Position numbers and translations under genes: made by a program. Positions 56,500 to 64,000 of a stretch of 64,000 nucleotides of DNA are shown piece after piece. A model generated the notes under the pieces. The model saw nothing but the letters and a program-made list of their open reading frames with translations, was not told where the DNA came from and did no database searches. Numbering within the stretch: position 1 is the stretch's first letter; the number at the start of each line of letters is the position of its first letter. This DNA comes from Candidatus Pelagibacterales bacterium (lineage in GTDB: Bacteria; Pseudomonadota; Alphaproteobacteria; Pelagibacterales; AG-422-B15): the NCBI GenBank assembly GCA_045567365.1, contig JBJLDC010000019.1, forward strand, positions 14,610 to 78,609. Reading direction: 5' to 3'.

Positions 56500-58683
56500 T
56501 TAATAATGATCAAAAAAAGTGTCTTTAAGTTTTTCATCGGCATACAATTGCATTTGATCATCATAATGTTTCGAATTTCTATCTATCGTTGCACTTCCAT
56601 ATTGATGTATACTTTCTGAAATTTGATCTTTATCTTCGTCCCAGACCACATATATATACAATCCATCACCTGCTACAGCTTTTAGAATTCCATCATCAGA
56701 TCTTGGCGCATATACAGCCCTTAAAACATCTGGACCCCCCTGTATTGGAATCATCTTATTACCTCGATCAAGGAAGTTGACATTCTTCCAAGGAACACTC
56801 AATGAACCAAAGTTTTTATACATTTCGTCGACACAATCACTAAATATCTCTAACGGTTTCGGCTGAGGTTCTCTTTTTATTTCAGCCAACCATTCGGGAG
56901 ATAAAATACAAACTCCAAATGCTGCGTACTCATTTTCGAAATCAGTTCCTAAATCCCATTCTTTTAAAAATTTTTGAGCCTCCTGAAGCTTTTTATTCTC
57001 AGAGAAATCAGTATTAAAAATTTTTTCCATAAATGCATACTGTCTTGAGTTATATGAAAATTTATTGTCGTGTTTTATCAAGCTTATTTCTTCATACGTA
57101 ATATCAGTATCGCGGTTGAGTAATTCATAAGATCTGTAAGCACGATTTGTTGTTCTAGTTTGAAATCCAAATGTATATGAGAAATCCTCAGGATTTAAAT
57201 TATCTTCTTCATCAGTTACAAAAAATGGATTTTGATTTGCGCTAAACAAATATCCTGAGTTAGGATTTTTTATTTGTGGAATGTCATCAAAAGAGTGAAA
57301 GTCTTTCCAAATTAAATCACTTCGATCACCAGGAAGTATTTTACTCCAGTCAAAGTTATTATCTCTAATTGGCGATTTTACATTATGAACAAAAAAAATA
57401 TTATCTTCTTTATCGGCGTATATTAAGTTTAAACTTGCTATTTCCTGCATTCTTAAAGCATCAGTCCACTCTTCAAAGCTTTCTGCCTTATTTAATCGAT
57501 ACCATTCAGTAACTTGATTGACATCTTCCATGCCAACATACCTAAGAGCATAGGCTTTCGTTCCATCTTTTAAAACTGGCCCATGTTCTGAGAAGTACAT
57601 ATCTAATGGATAATTTATGGCAAAAGGTCCAAACAACTTAACTCTGAAATTTTGATTAATTATTCTAAAATCGACCCATTCGCCATCCAATAAATATTGA
57701 TTCTCATTTTCTGGATTAATAGTCAGTTCATATATATCCCCAAGATCGGGTTGGTTTACAGTTGCTCCCCAACCTAAGTATTCATTAAATCCAACGTGGA
57801 TAAATGGAGAACCTGGAAAAGTTCCTCCCATTATATTTAAACCTTCATCACTTTTGATATGAGCCTCATACCAAGCTACGGGTCCTGTAAGAGGCTGATG
57901 CGAATTAATAACTAATAAAGTTTCATTATTTGCAGATCGTTTTTTTGAAACTGCAAAAGCATTTGATCCCGAAGGATTAAAATGAGATTTAACTGACGCA
58001 ATAAGAGGTTGATGAGATAAAGAATTTGTTGCAACCTCTAACTTTTCTTCATCAGATAATAAATCAATCAATTCTTCAATATAGTGGTCAAAACCATAAA
58101 ATAAAGGCATTCTAAAAACCATGCCAACCAGCAAATCATGCTCAGAAACTGGGAAAATAGACTGATCTACTTTATTTGGATTTAATGCGGCCCAATAATT
58201 AATTCCATCTGCATATCCTTTTAAATAAGTAATAATATTCTGGTCAATTATATTTTTTTTATTACTTACGACCTCTTCAACATTCATAAATTTGATAAGA
58301 AAGTCTAATTCAACACCCTTTATTGCGCTCAAGTTAGATAAAATATCTCCCTTACCAGTAATTAAAGAATAAAGAGTTGAGATTGACTCAAAAGAGAAAT
58401 CAAAATCTGACAAGGAGCCCCTAGCCATTTTAATTGCAAACTCAATATTTTCATAGTCATCCTCTGTTTGAGCATATCCAAATCCAAAAGATGCATCCTT
58501 ATCACTTTTACCTATGACATGTGGTACTCCATATTCATCTCTCTTAATCTCATAATTATAGGATTGAGCAATTTGTTTGTACTCATCAGGTGAAAAGTTT
58601 TTTGTATTATAAAAATCGGTGCCAATAGTTATGATTGTTAGAAATATTGCTAATGCTAAAAATGAAAATAGGAATCTAGTCAA
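56500..58683 (-). CDS. Penicillin acylase family (Ntn hydrolase) amidase, exported or membrane-anchored
   Basis: N-terminal hydrophobic segment, RDEYGVPHV, GSNAFAV catalytic Ser, NSHQP, WYEAH. Confidence 0.9.
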   Translation of the reverse strand: MTRFLFSFLALAIFLTIITIGTDFYNTKNFSPDEYKQIAQSYNYEIKRDEYGVPHVIGKSDKDASFGFGYAQTEDDYENIEFAIKMARGSLSDFDFSFESISTLYSLITGKGDILSNLSAIKGVELDFLIKFMNVEEVVSNKKNIIDQNIITYLKGYADGINYWAALNPNKVDQSIFPVSEHDLLVGMVFRMPLFYGFDHYIEELIDLLSDEEKLEVATNSLSHQPLIASVKSHFNPSGSNAFAVSKKRSANNETLLVINSHQPLTGPVAWYEAHIKSDEGLNIMGGTFPGSPFIHVGFNEYLGWGATVNQPDLGDIYELTINPENENQYLLDGEWVDFRIINQNFRVKLFGPFAINYPLDMYFSEHGPVLKDGTKAYALRYVGMEDVNQVTEWYRLNKAESFEEWTDALRMQEIASLNLIYADKEDNIFFVHNVKSPIRDNNFDWSKILPGDRSDLIWKDFHSFDDIPQIKNPNSGYLFSANQNPFFVTDEEDNLNPEDFSYTFGFQTRTTNRAYRSYELLNRDTDITYEEISLIKHDNKFSYNSRQYAFMEKIFNTDFSENKKLQEAQKFLKEWDLGTDFENEYAAFGVCILSPEWLAEIKREPQPKPLEIFSDCVDEMYKNFGSLSVPWKNVNFLDRGNKMIPIQGGPDVLRAVYAPRSDDGILKAVAGDGLYIYVVWDEDKDQISESIHQYGSATIDRNSKHYDDQMQLYADEKLKDTFFDHY

Positions 58684-58685
58684 TG

Positions 58686-60350
58686 TTATGCTGCTGATTT
58701 ATTGTCTAAGCTTACATTTTGAGGGTCTAATGGCTCATTACCCAAGATATAATCAGCAGCTTTTTCAGCAATCATAATCGTAGGAGCGTTAGTGTTTCCA
58801 CCTATCAGAGTAGGCATTACACTCGCATCAACAACTCTTAAATTTTCGACTCCCCTAACTTTTAGTCGATCATCAACAACTGCAAACTCATCACTCCCCA
58901 TCTTACAAGTCCCAACCGGATGATAAATAGTTTCTGCATGGCCTCTTATAAATTCCTCAATTTCTTGATCTGTCTGCACATGATCTCCAGGATTAATTTC
59001 TTTTCCTCGATATTCGTCAAAAGCTTTTTGGTTCATGATCTCTCTCGACATTTTGACACCCTTGATCATTGTATCTCTATCTTTTTGAGTAGCAAAGTAG
59101 TTAGGCTGAATGATCGGCTGAACTTTTGGATCAAGAGACTTTAGAGCAATATAACCTCTGCTTTCAGGGCGTAACATACATACGTGATTACTAAACGCAT
59201 GTGAGTCAGGTCTTGTCTTTCCGTGATCTTTTAATAATGATCCAACAAAATGCATCTGTATATCTGGAACATCCAAACTATCATCTGTCTTTAAAAATGA
59301 TAAGCCAGAGAGTCCAATATCAACACCTGGGCCCTTATTGGTAAGGAGCCATTGACCTAAAATTTGAGCCATTCTAAATATAGCGAGTCCTCCAGCAGTA
59401 TATTTGGCTTCAGTTACAGGTTGAGTACATTCATAATGAGATAATATATCCAAATGATCTTGAAGATTTTCACCTACTCCCGGTAAGTCGGCTACAACAT
59501 TCAGTCCCCATTTTTTTATGTAATCACCTTTTCCAATTCCTGATAATTGTAATATTTGCGGAGAATTAATTGCGCCCCCACAGACAATAACCTCTTTGTC
59601 GGCAAAAACTTTATTTATATTTTTGCCTTTTAAATACTCCAAACCAACACATTTATTTCCATCGAATAAAAGTTTATTCGTAATAGAATTCGTAAAAATA
59701 GTAAGATTTTTTCTATTTTTGATTGGGCTTATGAACGAATGTGCAGTACTGGCTCTTCTTCCTTTCCATATTGTTTGCTGACATGGACCAAATCCTTCAT
59801 GATCCACTCCATTCAAATCTTCTTTATATTCATAGCCAGCCTGTACTCCTGCTTCTAAGAAACATTTATGTAATGGATTGTTGTCAAAAACAGGATTCTG
59901 GACACCTAACTCACCATCTGATCCATGAAATTCTGAGCTTCCATTTTCGTTTCGCTCAGACTTTTTAAAATAGGGTAAAACTTCCTCGTATGACCACCCT
60001 TCGTTTCCGAGTTGTCTCCAAATATCATAGTCGCGCGGATGGCCTCTAACATACAACATTCCATTTATATTAGATGATCCACCTATCCCTTTTCCTCTTG
60101 GAAAAAAAAGTTTTCTATTGTTTAAATTACTTTGACCCTCAGTCCAGTATCCATAATTATAAAATTTACCTGCACCTTCACCAGACATCAACTCAAGAAC
60201 GCCGGCAGGCATTTTAACAAAGGGATGCCAATCAGTACCACCAGCCTCAATAAGTAAAACTTTATTGTTTGGATCTTTAGAAAGTCTATTAGCTAGAACA
60301 CATCCAGCAGAACCTGCCCCAGCAATTATATAATCAAATGTCAGCGTCAA
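58686..60350 (-). CDS. GMC oxidoreductase (choline/alcohol dehydrogenase family)
   Basis: GAGSAG, GGSSNING, GENLQDH, YHPVGTCKMG, GGNTNAP. Confidence 0.92.
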   Translation of the reverse strand: MTLTFDYIIAGAGSAGCVLANRLSKDPNNKVLLIEAGGTDWHPFVKMPAGVLELMSGEGAGKFYNYGYWTEGQSNLNNRKLFFPRGKGIGGSSNINGMLYVRGHPRDYDIWRQLGNEGWSYEEVLPYFKKSERNENGSSEFHGSDGELGVQNPVFDNNPLHKCFLEAGVQAGYEYKEDLNGVDHEGFGPCQQTIWKGRRASTAHSFISPIKNRKNLTIFTNSITNKLLFDGNKCVGLEYLKGKNINKVFADKEVIVCGGAINSPQILQLSGIGKGDYIKKWGLNVVADLPGVGENLQDHLDILSHYECTQPVTEAKYTAGGLAIFRMAQILGQWLLTNKGPGVDIGLSGLSFLKTDDSLDVPDIQMHFVGSLLKDHGKTRPDSHAFSNHVCMLRPESRGYIALKSLDPKVQPIIQPNYFATQKDRDTMIKGVKMSREIMNQKAFDEYRGKEINPGDHVQTDQEIEEFIRGHAETIYHPVGTCKMGSDEFAVVDDRLKVRGVENLRVVDASVMPTLIGGNTNAPTIMIAEKAADYILGNEPLDPQNVSLDNKSAA

Positions 60351-60368
60351 AATAAATTCCTCATTAAA

Positions 60369-60893
60369 TTAAATTATTTCAGATAATTGGGCTTTAAATC
60401 TTTTCATATTTTCAACATAATGCAATGCACTTAATTTAATCATTTGCACTTCTTGTTCTGAAAGCTCTCTTTTTACTTTTCCTGGAGATCCTACAATCAT
60501 TGAATTATCTGGAAATTCTTTTCCTTCAGTGATAAGTGTATTTGCTCCAATTAAACAATTATTTCCAATTTTTGCATTATTTAAAACTGTCGATCCCATA
60601 CCGATTAAAGAATTATTACCTACAGTACAACTATGAAGAATTACTTTATGTCCTACTGTGACATCATCCCCAATAGTTAATGGCATACCATCATCAGTAT
60701 GACAAACACTTCCATCTTGTATATTTGAATTTTCACCAACAATTATTGGATCATTATCACCTCGTAGCGTTGCAGCAAACCAGACGCTTGCATTCTTTTT
60801 GAGGACAACACTTCCAATAACCGCAGCATTTGGAGCTATCCAAAAATCATCTCCCTCAGTAGAAATACGTTTCTCACCTAAGCTATAAATCAT
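60369..60893 (-). CDS. Gamma carbonic anhydrase family protein
   Basis: Hexapeptide repeats, RGD, SNIQD..VCH, VGH..ILH. Confidence 0.93.
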   Translation of the reverse strand: MIYSLGEKRISTEGDDFWIAPNAAVIGSVVLKKNASVWFAATLRGDNDPIIVGENSNIQDGSVCHTDDGMPLTIGDDVTVGHKVILHSCTVGNNSLIGMGSTVLNNAKIGNNCLIGANTLITEGKEFPDNSMIVGSPGKVKRELSEQEVQMIKLSALHYVENMKRFKAQLSEII

Positions 60894-60958
60894 AAAATTT
60901 TATTTTTATTAATTTCATCATAAGTTATACTAAAATAAATTTTGAAAAAAGGACTTTT

Positions 60959-61519
60959 ATGGTCGCACTAACTACCCCAATTTGTGATTTTGGATGGAAC
61001 GCTCCTGATTTTGCTTTGCCTGGAATTGACGGTAAATCCTACTCCTTATCAGAAATAAAAGGAATTAATGGAACATTAGTAATGTTTATATGTAATCACT
61101 GCCCTTATGTGAAATCTGTTATTCATAGAATTGTTGAGGATGTATCTATCTTAAATGATAAAGATGTGAGTACCATCGCAATCATGTCAAATGACGTAGA
61201 TGATCCAAAATATGGTTTTGAAGACTCTTTTGATAATATGAAATTATTTTCACAAAATAATAATTTTTCATTTCCTTATGTATACGATGAAACACAAGAA
61301 GTTGGAAGAAAATACAATGCTGTTTGCACTCCTGATTTTTTTGGATTTAATTCAAACAATGAACTTCAATATAGGGGAAGACTTGAAGAGTCTAAGATGG
61401 AAATTATTCCTAATGCTCGTAAAGAATTGTTAGAAGCAATGATACAAATTGCTGAAACTGGTAAGGGACCAGCCGAGCAGATCCCAAGCATTGGATGTTC
61501 AATTAAGTGGAAAGAGTAA
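60959..61519 (+). CDS. Thioredoxin family (AhpC/TSA-like) protein
   Basis: FICNHCPYV, AVCTPDFF, PSIGCSIKW. Confidence 0.92.
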   Translation: MVALTTPICDFGWNAPDFALPGIDGKSYSLSEIKGINGTLVMFICNHCPYVKSVIHRIVEDVSILNDKDVSTIAIMSNDVDDPKYGFEDSFDNMKLFSQNNNFSFPYVYDETQEVGRKYNAVCTPDFFGFNSNNELQYRGRLEESKMEIIPNARKELLEAMIQIAETGKGPAEQIPSIGCSIKWKE

Positions 61520-61529
61520 TTTCGTTCCT

Positions 61530-62655
61530 GTGATCATAATAACTACACAATGCTTTGCACCTAAAATTGGTGGTATTGAAGCATTGATGACCGGAATGGC
61601 TGAAAGTATGAGTTACATTGGAAAGGATGTATTAGTTCTTGCAGACGGAAAAACTAATTCAAATATTGATAAAGGTAAAAAAATACTCAATTAAAAGATT
61701 TCATGGTTGGAAGCCTCTACGAAGAATAAGAAAGGCTCAATATCTTGAAAAGTTATGTAGAGAAAAAAATGTTGAGATAATTTATGCAGATTCATGGAAA
61801 AGTATTGAATACGTAAATAAAAAAAAATAAAAAAATATTAGTATTGGCTCATGGAACTGAAATACCAAAACAATATTGGACTTTAATGATTGATAATTTA
61901 CGTTTTAAAAAAAATAGAGTGATTAAGTCTTATAATAATATACATAAAATCATTGCAAACTCAAACTATACAAAAGACCTAATGCAAGCATCTCTTAATA
62001 TTGATTCATCAAAAATTCAAATCATACACCCTGGTATTGATGTTTATCGAGAATTTATTTCTAAAGAAGAGAAAAATTATGTTAGAAGTATTATTAAAAA
62101 TAAAGGTCCCGTGATAACCACTTTATCCCGAGTGGAAAAAGAGAAAAGGTCATAAATATATAATTAATGCAGTAAATGAACTTAAGGATTCTTTTCCTAA
62201 TTTAATTTACTTAATTGCAGGCAAAGGTCCCTACTTAAAAAATATAAAAATGTATGTAAAAAAACTAGATTTATGTGAGCAAGTTCTGTTTCTTGGGTGG
62301 ATTACTGAACCAGAGAAATCATTGATTCTCAAAAACTCTGATATCTTTGCCATGACACCAGTCATAAGTGGTGAGTCAGTTGAAGGATTTGGAATGGCAT
62401 TTATAGATGCCGCATTTCATGGGATAGCAACAATTGGAAGTAATAGTGGAGGCATACAAGATGCCGTTATTGATCGTAAAACAGGGATCATTTGTGAAGC
62501 GAATAATCAGTCTGATATTACACACAACCTAAAAGAATTAATTGAAAATAAAAATCTTAGACTTAAATTAGGCAGTAATGGAAAAAAGTTTGCTGAAGAA
62601 AATTTTTCATGGGAAAAAAAAAATTCATGAATACCTTGAGGCAGCCAATAACTGA
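61530..62655 (+). pseudogene. GT4 glycosyltransferase interrupted by four +1 frameshifts (probably sequencing artefact)
   Basis: Fragments FAPKIGGIE, AHGTE, ANSNYT, RVEKRKG, EGFGMAFIDA join into one 373-aa ORF if one A is removed from each of four poly-A runs. Confidence 0.85.
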
Positions 62656-62668
62656 AATTTAATTTTTT

Positions 62669-62745
62669 TGGTAGCGGGAGAGGGATTTGAACCCCCGACC
62701 TAAGGATTATGATTCCTCCGCTCTAACCAACTGAGCTACCCCGCC
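62669..62745 (-). tRNA. tRNA-Met (CAT), probably elongator
   Basis: GGCGGGGTAGCTCAGTTGGTTAGAGCG-GAGGA-ATCATAA-TCCTT-AGGTC-GGGGG-TTCAAAT-CCCTC-TCCCGCT-A-CCA; lacks the initiator C1:A72 mismatch and GGG/CCC anticodon stem. Confidence 0.93.
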
Positions 62746-62822
62746 ATGTAAATAATACATGAAGTAATTAATAGAATTCACATACAGCATCTCTTATAAA
62801 TGAGACAAAGAGAATCTAGAAG

Positions 62823-64000
62823 TTATTTTTTAAAATAATAGAAAAAATCTTTGTATATTTTTTTTAGAAAATTTCTATTTTTTCCTTTATTCTCATCATT
62901 TTGTTTATGCCCATAGCCATAACCGTATGTATAGCCATAGCCATAACCATAATAACCATAGCCATAGCCATAGCCATAGCCATAATTTTTACTATTAGTA
63001 AAATTAAGAAGCCTAAATACTCTCTTACTTGAATAATCTAATCCATTAAAAATAATCTTAGGTTCATCTAATTCTAATTTTCTATACTCCTCAATAATAT
63101 GACTTGTAACCGCAATGGGTGTTGAGTTGTATTTGATAGTCAGTATTGAATTCATAAATTTTGAAATTAAAATAGAATCTGGGTGATAAGTAATGGGCAT
63201 CGTATCACAAAAAACCATATCATAATCCTGGGAAACATATGTTAAAAATGATTTAAAATTATCATTGTAATCTGTTATATCATTATTATCATTTCCAGAT
63301 ACTATTACATCAATACCATTATTTATATCAGTTGTGATGAAACTATTTAAATCATCTGTTGGAAAATTATTAATTCTGAGATTAGTAAATCCTTCCTTCT
63401 TGAATTTTTTTCCAAAGATTTTCTTTGTTAAAGTCTTTTTCTCCTGATCCATATCTATCAATAAAACTTTTTTTCCCATTTGTTTTGCTGTTAAAGCTAA
63501 TAGAATAGTTAAATAAGTTTTACCATCAGAGGTTACTGGAGAAGATATAACAAAAGCATTGTTACTTCTCTGTTTGTTACTCAAAATTTTTATTATTATT
63601 TTTTTTAGACTATCGATGAGAATTTTATTTTTTATAAAATCAAAATTAATTGGAAAATCTAATTTTTCACTATGTACAAATGGAATGACACCAATCGCAT
63701 CCAATCCTGTTTTCTCTTTAATTTGAGAACTTATTTGGAATCTATTAAATAAGCTGTAGAAATCTATAAAAATAACTATTCCCACAAAAATTATTGAAAT
63801 GATTATTCCATATAAAAAATTTTTAGATATTATAATTATATCTTCATTTGGGTTAGCATGAAATGCATTATCTGATCTCTCAAGAATTCTTGCGTCACTC
63901 TGATTAAATGAAGAAACTGTCAAAAGCTTATTTAAGTAAGTATTTAATAATGTTTCATTGACCTTGAATTCTGAATTTAGATTATTCAATTGGCTTAATT
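62823..64000 (-). CDS. Wzc-like polysaccharide co-polymerase / BY tyrosine kinase, 5' end outside the window
   Basis: TM helix, GVIP, SSPVTSDGKT Walker A, LLIDMD Walker A', DTMP Walker B variant, Tyr-rich tail; frame stays open to the window edge. Confidence 0.88.
   Translation of the reverse strand, partial: LSQLNNLNSEFKVNETLLNTYLNKLLTVSSFNQSDARILERSDNAFHANPNEDIIIISKNFLYGIIISIIFVGIVIFIDFYSLFNRFQISSQIKEKTGLDAIGVIPFVHSEKLDFPINFDFIKNKILIDSLKKIIIKILSNKQRSNNAFVISSPVTSDGKTYLTILLALTAKQMGKKVLLIDMDQEKKTLTKKIFGKKFKKEGFTNLRINNFPTDDLNSFITTDINNGIDVIVSGNDNNDITDYNDNFKSFLTYVSQDYDMVFCDTMPITYHPDSILISKFMNSILTIKYNSTPIAVTSHIIEEYRKLELDEPKIIFNGLDYSSKRVFRLLNFTNSKNYGYGYGYGYGYYGYGYGYTYGYGYGHKQNDENKGKNRNFLKKIYKDFFYYFKK
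62910..62984 (-). repeat. Degenerate hexamer tandem repeat (TATGGC)n encoding the Tyr-Gly tail
   Basis: CCATAG/CCATAA repeats on the + strand; 25 codons containing 13 Tyr. Confidence 0.9.

Overview
A very AT-rich, densely packed stretch of core chromosome from a streamlined alphaproteobacterium, probably a marine Pelagibacterales-like or related lineage (inferred from gene content, gene order and minimal spacers). It holds about 63 coding genes and two tRNAs (Gln-TTG, Met-CAT). Contents: uvrB/uvrC, ilvE-petP-petR-sensor kinase, lgt-prs-rplY-pth-ychF, purine salvage, petABC, hemF, greA, cca, ispE, ETF-QO, ccrM, mutY, dciA-dsbA-smc-atpIBEF'F, thrB/thrC, the aa3 cytochrome oxidase operon, tldD, a putative fatty-amide catabolic cluster, and the edge of a probable surface-polysaccharide island beyond tRNA-Met. 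I found no CRISPR array, integrase, transposase, prophage or rRNA. The most notable observations are: an 864-aa SMC that appears to lack the globular hinge; matching RegA/RegR-type boxes upstream of both petA and coxB; three GANTC sites in the ccrM promoter; a perfect FNR-type palindrome upstream of dsbA-smc-atp; two small ORFs missing from the ORF track; a glycosyltransferase broken by four +1 poly-A indels (probably sequencing error); and a BY-kinase with a 13-Tyr (YG)n tail. All product calls come from motifs and synteny recognised by eye; no searches were run.
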